Positions 23,770 through 37,657 of a stretch of 64,000 nucleotides of DNA are shown here, one piece after another. The position numbers and the translations under genes are program-made. The stretch spans positions 147,560,001 to 147,624,000 of the forward strand of contig NC_058372.1 in NCBI RefSeq assembly GCF_018350175.1. The letters run 5' to 3'. The notes under the pieces were generated by a model. The model had not been told where the DNA came from. It ran no database searches and saw only the letters and a program-made list of their open reading frames with translations. The DNA comes from Felis catus. Lineage: Eukaryota. The first letter of the stretch is position 1; every line of letters begins with the position of its first letter.

Positions 23770-26700
23770 AAATCTAATTTAAGAAAGCCTTTCCTGCTGC
23801 AAAGCGTTAAAGACATTCTCCTGTATTGTTTTTTTTAAATATTGTTTTGCTGTTCATATTTAAATTCATAATTCATATGGAATCCAATTTATTATTGACC
23901 ATATGTTATTTACATTACTTTTTAAATTTTTTTCTTATTTTAAAAGAATTGTAGATTCGCAGAATAGTTACAAAAATAGTATAGAAAATTCACTTATTTC
24001 CTTATCCCAGCTTCCTATCACGTTAACTCTTACATATCCTTAGTGTAATGATAAGACAGGATATCGTTGTGAATACAGCCCTGGGAATTGATAAACATTG
24101 TATTCAAATGTCACTAACTATATGGATTAAATTTTTGCTTATCTATTGTGATGGAAACCTGTTACTTGTGTCTCACTTAAATAACTGATTGTTTTCCCTG
24201 TACTATGTATTAATGACTTTCCTCACTCATGTAAAATGACAGCTTTAACATATTTCAGGTTTTCATAGATGCATGGATCTAGTTTTGCACTTTTGTTTCC
24301 CTTTCTATTCATTTGTTTGTTTATTCCTAATTCTATACCAACCATGAAATGTAATATAGCATTACAAGTATATATGAAATACTCAGTATATGTTATACTT
24401 ATATGTGTTGTCTAGTAGCCATATTATCTGTATATTATGTATATTATCTGTAGCGATATTATCTGTATACTATGTATATATTACATACATGTATTATATA
24501 TTTTATATTAAGTTATATTCTCAATATATAATAGAATAAATCCTGTCTTCTTCTTCAGGAGTATCTTGGCTATTGTTGGTCTTTGATTACTCCATATAAT
24601 TTTGGAATGTGAGATAATGTATATAGAATATTAAAAACATGGTAAATACTCAATAGTTGTCTAAGTGAAATGTTGTGAATGAACAAAGTGCATGAATGTC
24701 TTCAATATTTATTTTCCTAATTGGTTACAACCATTAGAAATAGACACTGAATTTATATACAATATTCTTAAAGTGTATTCTGTTCTCCAGTGTGCATAAA
24801 AGTGTAATTTGCCACCTAGCTGTCCAGTTACCTAGTTTTATTACTGCATAATTTATCATTGCCTGAATAGGCTAACATGTATCCATTGACAATCGGATTT
24901 TTCCAATCATTGCTTATTTTAAATAGTGCTGCTATTAACATAATGTATATGCTTTTGATCCACATGCACATGAAATTCAATCGGGGAAATAGTAGGAGAT
25001 TTAAAGCTAATGAGATATAAATATATCTGATTTTTAAAGATAAAATCAAAGGGTTTTTAAAGTGATAAAACATCACCTTTTATAGGAAGTGTGTGAGGGC
25101 TATTACTACATAGCCATGTCAATCCTTGGTCGTTTCTATCTTGTTCATGTTAGCAAAGTGCATACAGTGGGTTAGTCTGATGTTTTATTTTGTATTTCCC
25201 TGATCAAAATGAGGTTGAGTAACTTTTCATATGCTTATTAACCCTTTGGATATTCTCCTTTGCACAGTATTCCATTTAGGTATCTAAAGCAGATTTATTT
25301 GTTAAACTGTAGGTGTTCTTTATATACTTTGCATACTACTCTTTTGTTGTAAGAGTATGTATTCAGATTCTGCCTACTTATTATTATCACCTAGTTTTGA
25401 AATATTGTTATTTCCAACCTGGACTAGTAAAATAGCATCTTAATATCTTAATTTTTCTTACTTCTACTCTAATCATATTGGTTTTTAAGGAATCTCTTGA
25501 AGTATAATATACATAAGGAAATGTCCACAGATTATAAATATACAGCTGGATGTGTATCCCACACATTTCATCATTTTCTAACCCAAAATATTTTCTCATT
25601 TCCATTATTTCTTTAACTCTGGTATTTTTAAAATATATAGTAATTAAAGTTTTATTTGGAGATCTTCTATTTACCTGTTTCTTATTGATTTCTAGATTAA
25701 TGTCATTATAATCAGACAACAGGCTCTGAGTCATTTCTACTCTTAGAATGAAAGACAGGTTTTGTAGCCAGTTTAAAGACAACTTCTTGTCAGTTCTACG
25801 CAATGTTATCTATATGCCAGTTAGATCATATTTATTTTTAATGTTTGGATCTTTCATATTCTCACTGATTTCATTTAATTTCTTCATTCTATTGGATACT
25901 AAGAAGAGTACATTAGAGGATCTCAATTTCTCTATGGCTTTTTTCCTTTCCTTTCAGGTCTACCCGTCATTATAGTATTTATTTTGTGAACATTTTATTA
26001 TAACATACCAATTAAAAAACACATTGTCATTGAATTTCCTTTCTTTTTTTATACTTTTTTTTTTAAATTGAAGTATGACTGACATGCAATGTTATATTAG
26101 TTTTCATTATATTAGTTTTTAAAGCTATACTGTCAGGTCTATTCAAATTTCTCATTGCTATATTTGGCCAGTAAGTCGATACATAATGTTACAAAATGTT
26201 CTTTATTTTTTACTAACTCTTCTTACTTTAATATCATTTTTTCTTTGAGATATAATTGATATGTGTGATATAAAATTTTTCCTTACTTCCAGCTTTATGT
26301 GACTTTTATATCTAAGAATCTCTTGAGAGTGATATTGATTTGAAGATTTTTAATCCAGTCTGATAATCTTTACATTTTAATTGAAGTACTTAATCCATTT
26401 TATTTAAATTTACGATTGACACTTCGTTTAAATCCGTGTACCTTCTATTCTCCAATCCTTTTGTCTCCTTACTTTCTTTCTTTTATATGATAAAAAAAAT
26501 ATTTTTATCACCTCATTCTACCTTTTAATTAATTTATTTTATTGGTTACCTTATTAAGATCCTTAAGTTAACAATGTCTAATAGATATAAGTACTTTAGC
26601 TAGTTTCAGTGAAGGAATTTTAAGAAATTTTAACTGCTTCATGTCCTGTTAGTTTTGTCATTTAATTACATATACATTAAACATAACATGAAATTATTAT

Positions 26701-26930
26701 TATTGCTTTATATAGACGATGTTCTTTTAGGTTCATACCACATATGACCTTTCCTTGCCGCTTCAATTACTTTCTGCATTTCCATGCTCTTCTTCCTGGA
26801 GAACTTCTTTTGCTGTTACCTTTGATGCAATTTCTGCTGGCAACAAATTCAGTTTCCATTGTTTAGAAAATTCTAAATTTTTCCTTTATTGTTTGTTATT
26901 TGTTCTAGGGTACTATGCTTTATTTTGTGT
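23770..26930 (-). mobile_element. Composite old L1 (L1ME/L1MC) antisense fragments
   Basis: ORF 25408-25803(-) contains LSDYNDINLEINKK (ORF2 endonuclease end, SDHN-like); T-rich. Confidence 0.7.
24416..24480. repeat. AT-rich tandem repeat (ATATTATCTGTA x3, ~35-bp period)
   Basis: Direct. Confidence 0.75.
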
Positions 26931-27201
26931 GTGTAAGTGTATACGTGTGGGATGATAACGGGATGCCCAGTGAAAACTTCCAAACTGGGGAGCAGGTCTA
27001 GAGTTTCTTTTTAATCTGGAGTATAAGGAAATTGCCAATAGTTTCAATTCCTAAAGATTAATGGGTATATTTAGAATAAGGATGACTTTTTACTTTTCCG
27101 GAAATATCATTACATTGTCCCTTTTATTATTTAGGTATAGAGGATGTATTTACTTACAGTTTTTGTAAAGAGGATAACCAAATATATATTTTCCTTTCTC
27201 T

Positions 27202-27416
27202 GGAGGATCAAACCTTTACAAAAGAAGATCAAATAAGAAGTATTTCTGGCTTTCTGGGCCATATGTTTGCTGTCACAACTACTCAACTCCATTGTTACAG
27301 CATGAGAGAAGCCATAGACAATACGTAAAGCAAAGAGTGAGGCTGTATTCTAATAAAATGTTCCAAAAATAAGTGATAGGTCAGATTTGACCCACAGATT
27401 TGCTTTGCAACCCTTA
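27202..27416. mobile_element. MER58A-like hAT-Charlie MITE
   Basis: GTCACAACTACTCAACTC...AGCCATAGACAATACGTAA...CAGATTTGACCCACAG. Confidence 0.85.
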
Positions 27417-28342
27417 GTCCAAGGTCTGGCATCTAAAAAGAAATGGATGGGTAAAGATTGACATGGCTTCTTAACAATGTGCATATATTTGCGTTTATGC
27501 AAAGACCAAAGGGCCATTTGGGAAAAAGGAAAGTGGGATCCTGACACCTTGCCTTGAATGTTCAAAATGATGGATACATGCTGGAGCAGGGTATAAACTC
27601 ATAAGTGAGACTAAACCTCAGAGCCTAGAAGACTGACAAAGGCATATGGCAGATGCTGAAAATTATGAAGATGCAATCACTGTGGTGTCATGGGAAATGC
27701 CTTTGGGAAAATGTCAGGTCAGTATGTAAGTTCTCTTGTGAGAAGACAATGCAATAGCCATGCAGTTGTTTGTCTTATATGCGTAAGATATGTGTGTGTG
27801 TGAACCTGTGTGCCTGCATGTGTCCATACGTGTGTGCGGAATAGTTATCCTCATTTCTGATGCTCTTTCTTCATTCCTGAACATCCAAGTTGCCATCAGT
27901 TTTAACTCCCTAGCGAAATTCCTTTGCCGTGTCTTGTGGAACAATCTGCCGGTAACACGTTGTAGTAACTGTTTTCATTTGAAACTTCCTTTTAATTCCT
28001 GTTGGATATGAAATACCGGATTGACGATGCCTGTTTTCTTGTTTCAAGGGGATTTTTTTGCCCCTTCTAGTCTCTAAACTTTCAGATGAGAGATCTACAG
28101 CTCTCAAAGCATTGCCCTTCTGCTTGAAGGATATCATATTCTGCTCTTAGATTGGACAAGTCCTACGCAATGCCTTTAAATTCACTGACTCTTTTGACTA
28201 CCATCACTATTCTGCCGTGGAGCTCATTTCTATTTGGTTCATTTTTACAGTTGTCACTTCTCTGCTGAGGTTTTCTATATTTTCATTCATGTCAAGTGTG
28301 TGTTCCTTTAACTCACGGAGCATAGCTAAAATGGGTGCTCGC

Positions 28343-28580
28343 ATGTGTCGGCTCGGACGGCCACAACAAGTTACCATAGTCTAGGCAGCTTAAACAACAG
28401 AGATTTATTCCTCACGGTGTTGGAGGCCAGAAGCACCCTCTCAGTGTTTCCAGGGTTGATTTCTGGTGAGTTCTCTTCCTGAATGAAGATGTCTGCCTTC
28501 TCATGGCAACCTCACGTGGCCTTCTTGGTGCATGAGTGGAGAGAGAAAGATCTTTCTCTCTGTCTCTGTCTCTGTCTCTG
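28343..28580 (-). mobile_element. MaLR LTR fragment (MLT1A/B-like)
   Basis: GGCAGCTTAAACAACAGAGATTTATTCCTCACGG..TGGAGGCCAGAAG. Confidence 0.75.
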
Positions 28581-29050
28581 CAACTGTTACTTGACTGGAG
28601 TCTATCTTTGAGCAAAGCCACAAGAATTGAAAAGACGAGAAATTTACCCTTGTTTGTATCATCTGTCCAAGCCTTTTTCTCTGTTTACTCTTCAGAGTCC
28701 TTTTTGTCCAGAGATTAGGAAGTCATCTGTGGGAAGGATGGGCTGACCAGAACTTACAATGCCTGCCAGTCACTATTATTTTTGAAAGCTATTTTCACTG
28801 GGTATCCAATGCTACTTTGATAGTTCTTTTATTTTAAATATGACAGCCTATAATCTTATGGAGTCCACCGTTTCTTCTAAAAAGTCAGCCATCAGTCTTA
28901 TCTGTTGTTCTTTGAGAGGTGATACTAATTTTCTCCTCTGGCTACTTTTAAGATTTTTCTCTTTACTTTGGTTAATAGATTTACTATGTTGTGTACAGAT
29001 GTATATTTCTTTTCCTGCTGGGGATTTGTGATACCCCTTCAATCTGTGTC

Positions 29051-29267
29051 TTTTTTTTAAATGTTTATTTATTTTTGAGAGAGAGAGAGACAGAGTGGCG
29101 AGCAGGGGAGGGGCAGAGAGAGAGGGAGACAGACACAGAATCCAAAGCAAGATCCAGGCTCCGAGCCATCAGCACAGATTCCAACGCGGGACTTGAACCC
29201 ATGGACCATGAGATCAAGATCTGAACTGAAGTTGGATGTTTAACCAACTGAACCATGCGGGCACCCC
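29051..29267 (-). mobile_element. CanSINE
   Basis: TSD TTCAAT(C/G)TGTGTCTT. Confidence 0.95.
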
Positions 29268-30572
29268 TTCAATGTGTGTCTTGATGTCTTTTGTGAGTTT
29301 GTGGAAATTCTTGGGCGTTAATATTTTAAAATATTGTCTATGTCAAATATATCACTTTACACCCTTTAATTTTCATTGTTTTTTTTTCTTTATACTTTAG
29401 GCAATGTTTCTTCTGACTGCTAGTGCTTTCTTCAACTTTGAATAATTGGCTCTTAAAACCATTTATTCATTACTTCTTCATTTCAGTTATGAGTTTTTCA
29501 CCTTAGATATTCAGTGTAAAGGTTTCACATTGGCTATAGGCAAACCTATTTATTTTCATGTCCTTTTTTGAAATACGTCAGTCCTGGTTATTTTAAAGCT
29601 CAAGTCTGGCAAACTCAGTATTTCTATCACCGGTTAGTCTATCACTCTTTGTTTTGTTTGGTTTTCATTTTCTCTAGATTCTGTCTTTTGCTCTGTCAGT
29701 CATTTATTTTTATTACAGGCTGGACATTATATGTATAAAAGAGGTAGAACTTCTAGACGACACTATTTTCTTCATAAGGGATTTACTTTAGTTTATTCCA
29801 GGAATAAATTCGCGAGAAAATCACCTTACTGCCATCAGCAGTCAACCTGATTCTCAGCGGGGGAGGTTCTTTGTGAGTCCTGGTTTATTTCTGGGTCACA
29901 CATTCTCCTCCGGTCTAAACGTTCAGGCTCGCCAGCTTCCCCTACGGTGTCTTTTAAGGTCCTTCCACGCTGGCAATCCCTGAACTCCAATTTTTACTTC
30001 TTCAGCACCATGAAAATGTTAATCGCTCGATTTAGTTTCTCATTATCTTAGCAGCCAAGTTATGCTCAGTGTTGGCAAAGCTTCAAATTAAGCTAATAAG
30101 TCAATGCCAAAAGTGGTTCAGACCATCACCCCATCCCCTTGTCACCTGGAGTAACACTTTGCTTGGGGATTCCTTTGGTGCTCTGTTTAGGCAGCTATGA
30201 ATTGGCAACTACGTTGAAAGGAAAAGGTGCATGAAATATGGTGCTTTCCTCAATGAGTTTTCCTTCTCTCGGGGATATTGGCTTCCTATGTCCCGAATGC
30301 CTTTGTAGTTTTCAGATGGCTTCGAACAGACATTTTTATTTGTTTTTATTTTCTGCAACTCTTCTAACGGATCTCACTGTTTGGGTGATCTGCTCTCAAC
30401 CATTCCCTCACAGCTGCAAGTGGAACAGTGTGCGGGCCTTGCCCGTTTCTGTTGGCAAATTATATGTCACCTTCGCGACCCGTGGCTATTTTATTTCCCA
30501 AGATAAAAATAGTCGGAGGAGTCATCGTTTCATAAATTTTGTTTCAAACGGAAGATAGAAAAAGATGCCTTA

Positions 30573-30798
30573 GGGGCGCCTGGGTGGCTCAGTCGGTTAA
30601 GCGTCTGACTTCAGCTCAGGTCACGATCTCACGGTCCATGAGTTCGAGCCCCGCGTCGGGCTCTGGGCTGATGGCTCAGAGCCTGGAGCCTGCTTCCGAT
30701 TCTGTGTCTCCCTCTCTCTCTGCCCCTCCCCCGTTCATGCTCTGTCTCTCTCTGTCTCAAAAATAAATAAACGTTAAAAAAAATTAAAAAAAAAAAAA
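30573..30798 (+). mobile_element. Young felid CanSINE (SINEC_Fc)
   Basis: CpG-rich, long A tail; perfect TSD AGAAAAAGATGCCTTA at 30557-30572 and 30799-30814. Confidence 0.98.
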
Positions 30799-31059
30799 AG
30801 AAAAAGATGCCTTAGTCAACATTACATTTCCCACACTTACTGAAGCCACGTGTTTACAAGAGGTCCAAACGGATTTTGCCGTAACATTTTCAGATGCTTA
30901 ATATTCACCGTCTTCCTCTCCCCTTCCCTCTCGTTGTTACTAAGGCTTGTGCGATCCCCTCAGTGGTAGGCAATTGTCAAGTCTCTAGTTTGTGTCACAT
31001 GCCCTGAGAATGAAGGGAGAGAGGCCTCAGAAGCAGGAATTGCGAGGGTGCGCGCAGCC

Positions 31060-31450
31060 AGCATCTCGTCAAGGAGAGATTATATGTGAGGCAATGTGCT
31101 GGGCGACATGGAGATAAACAAACAGCCCTGCCCAAAGAAGCACAAGAGGGCTGACTCAAAATTAACTGATTTTAGTTCCACAAAATGAATGCTCCAGCGA
31201 AGGAGCCAATCACCCACAACGGGCTCACAGAGGAGGGAGTGATTCACGGCCTGTAAGAGTGTCTTCGCCTTCTCAGGGTAGGACCCTGCAGAGCAGTGGC
31301 TTGAAAGGCACTTAGAAGTTTACCTGTAGGACAAGTAAGAGAGGAAGAAAGTTCGTGGTAGAGGGGAGAGCGTGTGCAACACAGCAGATGTGTTGATACG
31401 GGAAATAGCAGATTTGGTGTGGCCAAAGCCTGCCCGCTGAAGGAGACGGG
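31060..31450 (-). mobile_element. L2 fragment
   Basis: GTGCTGGG...GAGATAAACAAACAGCCCTGCCC antisense L2 motif. Confidence 0.5.
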
Positions 31451-32341
31451 TAGGCCATAAAGCGTAAAATTAGGATTGCCGCGCATCTGCCGTGATGGGC
31501 CACTTGGACTTGATATTGTGGCAATGGAAAAACAAATACATGATTTCACTGGCGATACGACCTTATAAGCTGCCGTTCACCTGGAGTGATCTGTGTGCAC
31601 AGACGACAGAATGAGGATCATACTGAGATCTTAATCTCGCCCCAGAGACCTATCATCACTGTATTGAAGAGTCGGAATTCATCTGAAGAGGTCGCATCTG
31701 ACGGGACACTTTCAGACACAAATTATACCTTTAGACCTAAGAGTCTGCTTCATTGGTGGTTTTGGGAAACCGATGTTTATGAAGGAAAAAAAGGAAGTTT
31801 TTTAAAATGGTAGGGAAACCTCTTCTCCACACATCACAAACGAATCTTCATTCACTACAGGTTTCAGTTGGGAGCAAACACAAAATCCTTATCATTTGGT
31901 CACTGATAGCTGCTATAATTTGCCTGCCAAACCAGTTAGCGACATTCATTCTGAATCAAATCCAGTCAGTGCTAATCCCGTGAGTCGAAGCACCCAGGTT
32001 GTTTTTGTTTTGATTCCCGTTGCTAGGAATAAAACAAACATGGCTGGTTGTATTTTTGCCCATTTGCAATCCATGGGAAAAGAAAACCAGGGGACGGGAG
32101 ATGTTATTGTTTCTTTATCTTGGCTCAGGTCTAATATAGTGTGATATCCTAGGTCAAAAAGAGAGTGAAACATCCTCTTTCTAGTCAGCCAATGCAACGG
32201 GCATACCTTTATTTTCACCACTGTGGGCTGTGGCTGCTAAATTAGAAAGAAAATAATTTCATTCTTGCATAAGATGAATGTACATTAATCTCAACTTTAT
32301 TTACATAAATAAGTCAGCAATGAAGGCTGACTACCCCAGTT

Positions 32342-32343
<2 letters not shown>

Positions 32344-32384
<41 letters not shown>
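32344..32384. repeat. (CA)n microsatellite
   Basis: Direct. Confidence 0.95.
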
Positions 32385-32386
<2 letters not shown>

Positions 32387-32789
32387 TTTAGTAAGTGTTA
32401 GAGGTCAAGAAGATTTCTGCAGCCTCAGACCAGATAACGGAATATTCAACACCGTCTTCCAAGACTGTGGTTTTACTTTCTGCCACAGATTTTCTTTCCC
32501 CTTTGAATGGGCTAGAAAATTAGGTAGTATTTCTTGGTCAAAATAAGCTTTGTAGAATATAGAATACTGTCTCATTCTTGTTGGAAAAGAGTTATGTGAC
32601 TATCAGCCAGGTATGTGTCACCTCTGATACAAATCAGAACAAATCAGAGTGACTATCCACAAGGTATGCAGAATCTGGGAATATTGTCCAGAAAGGACTG
32701 CCGTAACCAATCTAGGTGCTTAAAAATTACCTGAGTGCTATAGAGAGAAGGCACTGGATGAGAGATCAGGTGAATCGATTCCACAATTT

Positions 32790-33010
32790 ACTGAGTTATC
32801 ATGGTGACTTTAAGTAGGGGCTTACCAATGAAGAAGGAGTGAAATGGGTACTTTTTGGAAGTATCCTGGAAGTTGCATTGACAAGATGTTCAGTGACGGA
32901 GAGATAAATGTCAGGAGTCATTCCTAGGTTTGGCTTGTGCAATTGGCCTGGTCTAAGTGCCGTTTCTTAAGGTGAGTAAGACTAAGGGCGAAGTTTCATG
33001 GGGTGAGATC
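32790..33010 (-). mobile_element. L2 fragment
   Basis: GTCAGGAGTCATTCCTAGGTTTGGCTTG antisense L2 motif. Confidence 0.45.
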
Positions 33011-33137
33011 AACCTACGTAAGGGAGGTAGTGGCATCATCAGATGTAGAGAAGACACTCTGCTCAGATTCACCAAAAGACAACACCCTCAATTTTTATCT
33101 TTTGTATCATCCTCCAACTTAAGAGCCAAGAAAAATT

Positions 33138-33299
33138 GGGGCACATAGGTGGCTCAGTCAGGTAAGCAGCAGACTCTTGAGTTCGGCTCTGGTCATGATC
33201 TCATGGTTCGTGTGTTCGGGCACGGTGTCGGGCTCCATGCTGGCAGTGTGGAGGCTGCTTGGGATTCTCTCTCTCCCTCTCTCTCTGCCCCTCCCCTAT

Positions 33300-33335
<36 letters not shown>

Positions 33336-33357
33336 AAAATAAATAAATAAACTTTAA
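33138..33357 (+). mobile_element. CanSINE
   Basis: Head, (CT)n, AATAAATAAA; near-TSD CCA(A/G)GAAAAATT. Confidence 0.95.
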
Positions 33358-34225
33358 AAGAATCCAGGAAAAATTCTAATAGCATCAAATGAACTGTGAG
33401 CGCCCATACTCACACTCAACTCGAGAAATCGCCAGCATCAGCTACAGCCTATTCTTTGCTCAATGATTAACAAGCACGCAAACCAACATGAGTCTCATGA
33501 AATTATGTTACAACATAAAAAGAATCAAACTATCAATGAAGAAAAGGGAAAATTAGGTTTTCTAACGTTTTTAACTTAAAAAAATTAACGACAGAGAGCA
33601 TTTGTTCTAAAATCTCTTAAAATTTAAATAAGACAAGAACACTACGAAACAAGATATAAAGGATGGAAACTTTTTAAAAACCAATTTTCAATGAGAAAAG
33701 GGATTGGTACATCAAAAGAAAGTCTTGCCTTAACAATTCACAGTGGCATAAAGAATAAAGGAGACAATTTATGAATGCAGAAAAATATGTCAGAGAAAAG
33801 TGATCATGTGTGGCTGGAATTCACAGGAGAAGAAGGAAATATAAACAATTAAGAAAGATGACAGGTATAGAGAAGAAATAATAGGGAAAAACAAAAATAA
33901 ATATAAAGACGATAATATAGATAGAAACTGGTGAGAATGTTCAGACAATGAGAGTCTACCTAGAAAGTTCAAGAGAATCCACTGAAAAACTACCTTTACA
34001 ATAAATGGTCTGGGACAAGATGAAAATATAAATATCATACGTTGGCAAACAACAATTATAAAATATAATGGTAAGAATATAAACAAAAGAATATAAAATA
34101 AAATACCTAGAAAATAACAAAACAGTAGACCACTTTTGATAAGAATATTAGCAATATTACTAAAGATATACAGGTAGCCTGAATTACTAGAAATATTATG
34201 TCCATGGCACAGAGTCAACATGGCA

Positions 34226-34389
34226 AAGATGTCCAGTCTCCAAAGTTAATTAATAAATACCATATGATTACAGGCAAAGCTTTAACAGGAGTTTTTCATA
34301 GAACCTGAAGATGTCCAGTCTCCAAAGTTAATTAATAAATACCGCACGATTACAGGCAAAGCTTTAACAGGAGTTTTTCATAGAACCTG
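34226..34389. repeat. 82-bp tandem duplication
   Basis: 34226-34307 vs 34308-34389, 3 mismatches. Confidence 0.95.
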
Positions 34390-34594
34390 ACAAAATGATA
34401 CTAAAATGTATATAATGCAATATTTGCACAAGAAGAGCCAAGGCTGTTGTGGAAAATAATGAATGAAGAGCTTTCCCTTTAAGATACAGAAACATATTGT
34501 ACATTTCAAGTTACTAAAACAGTGTACGGTTTGTATTAAATAAACAATATAGAAACGAAGTATGGAAATGAAGATATATACTCTTCCATGAAGT

Positions 34595-34942
34595 TGTAAG
34601 GGACTGTGTCTGAATGTGTCCCCACAAAATTCATACCCTGAAATCTTGATGTCCAACATGATAGTTTTGGGGGGTAGTAGGCCTTTGAGAGGTGATAAGG
34701 TCCTGAAGGTGGGTCCTGAGTGTTGGGATTAGTGCCCTTCTGAAAGAGACCCAGGGAGCTCCCTTGCCCCTTCCATCCTGTGAGGACACAATGAGAAGTC
34801 TGCATCCCGGCCCTCACCAGAACCCTGGAACCCTGCCTGAACCAGGACTTACAGCCTCCAGATGGTGAGAAATAAATCCCTGCTATTTATCAGCCCCCCA
34901 GTCTGTAGTAGTTTGTTAGAGCAGTCCAAATGGGCTAAGACA
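34595..34942 (+). mobile_element. MaLR solo LTR (MLT1A0-like)
   Basis: CCCCACAAAATTCATA...GGGATTAGTGCCCTT...GAAATAAAT...CTAAGACA. Confidence 0.88.
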
Positions 34943-37038
34943 GCGAGTGAAATGCTCATAAAGAAGACCCTAAAACAAAGCCCAGCAAAGACTGATAGAT
35001 GCTCTCCATCACAAGGAAATAACGTTTTATGTTCTTAAAAGCAAAGTTAAAAGATAAAGACCTGTAGAATATATTTCCTACATGTGTAACCTAGGAAGAA
35101 TCTGGTGAAAAACAATAAAATTATTTATTTATTTGTTTGTTTGTTTGTTTATTTATTTGTTTATAAAATATTTTTTTAGTGACAACCCCTCAAAAACAAA
35201 AACAAAGTAACAAAGGAGGAAATAAAATACCTGATAGTAATGAATACTCCTTGACCTTCACTAGTATTATGGAATATGCAAACAAAACCAGACTTAATAT
35301 TTCCATTCGTTAGGCTGGTGAAATTTATAGTTTTATGCCACTGTTGGAAAGTGTGAGGAAATGTATACCCTTGTGCTCTTGTGGTTGATTGCCATTTTAG
35401 GCAGACCTTGAAAGGAATAAGAAAAAAAAAAACACCTGTCAATCTGGATTCTACACCCTGAGACTTCACTCAGTCCCAGAGGCATACTTAGGTGTGTTAC
35501 AAAAAAAATGAGAAGACCTGAAAAACATTAGAGTGTTAGCACAGATTACATTGTTGCAATTTATTGGAATGATCTCAATATACAGTGCAACTCTCCAATT
35601 TGAGTTGAAGATCATTCTTTTTGGTCTTAAATGTAATGTGGTTGCCATAGAAACTATTTTTTAAAAGAAATTCCTTAAAAGAGCACCTGTGTCGATAAGC
35701 ATACATCTGAAATATGTAAGTTCTGACAACTCAATGCACTCTAATTTCTTGTACGTTAATTCTTGCAATTCACCTAAATGATAAAGATGAATAATTTGCC
35801 TCATAACTGTATGACTTTGGGCCAAAATGTCTCCAATTTATGCACAACTACACTTTTCATGATTTTCTGGGAAAACAAAACAAAAATTCAGTATGGATAC
35901 TTTTCAAAATGATTAGTTTTTTTTTCTGTAAATAGCAGGGAAGGGAAAGGAAAGAGACTGCAGATTTTAAGGAAGACAGAGGCTGCAAGGAAACCTTGAT
36001 TATTGAAAGTATTTTAAAGAAATTGAAAATCTACCTGGTCCTCAGATATAAAAAGCAATGAAGATTGAGCTGTTCCACTGACATTTCCTTGTGGGATCGC
36101 AGGAGATTGTAATGACTCACTCTTCTTTGCTATGCCAGTCTCTCTTTCCAGCACAAGGCTTCATTAAGGTTAAAACAAATGTAAAAGCAAAATGCAAGGC
36201 TAGTGTTAGTGTGGTACCGGCATATTTCAGTGACCTGTCACAGTGACATAAACCCCGATGTGCCCAACTGGAAGCTTCACTGGCAGTGTGTCTAATGATA
36301 GGGACTTCGGGAAGAATCTATATAGAAATGAAATTGGAAGTCTCTCTAATGTTACCTGACAGCATGTAGACTGACCTTCACAAGCATAAAGGATGCCTGA
36401 CTAACCAGGCACAGAGAAATATAATTGGCAAAGTAAGGGATTTTAATAGAGTGTATAAAAGTGTGTGTGGAGACAGATAGGTACTGTCTCTTCTATACAA
36501 TTTTCTAGTAATGGTAATTGTATGCGTGTTAAACGAAAGCATGGGTGATTCCAATGCAGCCTTTAGAGAACAGCGGCAAAATTAAATACAGAATGATCAT
36601 CAAATACTATTTGTGTGTGTGCGTCCAGGTAAATTTTTCACATATGAAAGTTGTCAGGTTGAAAGTCGAGATTTATCCTGAGAACTGGAACAAGCTGAGG
36701 TTACTGGAAATATATTCCTGATTCTGCTGTAGGAAGGTATTACAGTGTTCTCTTCAAGGGGCATGCTGTGTATATGCGTGTGTGTGTGTGTGCGTGTGCA
36801 CGTACATGTGTGTGCAAGACAAGAAGGAATGGCTGGATCAGGAATGAAAACCAGAAATACTGTTGTTGTGCATTTTTCATATTGCACATCAGTACTGGCT
36901 CCTAAATTTCTCCATAAGGGGGACCTGAGGGAGGAAGTTTTCTTTGTAGAACTTTACTTGAAGCTGCATATCAGGTGTCTTAAATCGCATGTTCATTTAG
37001 GGTGGTTTGAGGTACTAATTAAGGTTTCATAATCGAAA

Positions 37039-37290
37039 GGGCACCTGGGTGGCTCAGTAGGTTCAAGTGTTTGACCTTTGATTTTGATTCAGGCAGTAAT
37101 CTTACGATTCATGAGATTGAGCCCTGCATCGGGCTCTGTTCTGACACTGCGGAGCCTGCTTGGGATTCTCTCTCACCCTCTCTCTCTGCCGTGCCACCCC
37201 CCCCCCACACCCTCCCACCCCCGCTTGTGCACCTGCACACATGGACACGCGCGTGCTCTCTCTCAAAATAAATAGATAAACATTTACAAA
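37039..37290 (+). mobile_element. CanSINE with C-rich internal expansion
   Basis: Head and tail present; poly-C tracts at 37194-37222. Confidence 0.92.
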
Positions 37291-37430
37291 AGATTTCCTA
37301 GTAGCTAAAGCCCCTCAAGGCTCTCCCTTGCATATTCATCGCTGCTGATGTTATGACATTCCTCAATACTTAATCCTAATGTGATGCAAATGACCATGAG
37401 ATTATGACGACAGAGCAGGACATTATGATT

Positions 37431-37657
37431 TTATTTTTTTTAATTTTTTTAACGTTTATTTATTTTTGAGACAGAGAGAGACAGAGCATGAACGGGGGAG
37501 GGTCAGAGAGAGGGAGACACAGAATCTGAAACAGGCTCCAGGATCTGAGCTGTCAGCACAGAGCCTGACGCGGGGCTCGAACTCACGGACCATGAAATCA
37601 TGACCTGAGCCGAAGCCGGCCGCTCAACCTCAACCGACTGAGCCACCCAGGCGCCCC
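37431..37657 (-). mobile_element. CanSINE (young)
   Basis: Perfect TSD AGGACATTATGATT at 37417-37430 and 37658-37671; internal CTCAAC duplication. Confidence 0.97.

Larger units (their letters stand above)
27860..30420 (-). mobile_element. Old L1M ORF1/5' antisense fragments
   Basis: ORF 28848-29150(-) KEKNLKSSQRR...QQIRLMADFLEETVDSIR resembles ORF1p KEKILKAARE..IRLTADFS.ET. Confidence 0.7.
33640..35720 (+). mobile_element. Old L1ME ORF2/3' fragments, interrupted by MLT1A
   Basis: GGCAAAGATGTC...TTTTTCATAGAACCTGACAAAATGATACTAAAA ORF2 motifs. Confidence 0.7.
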
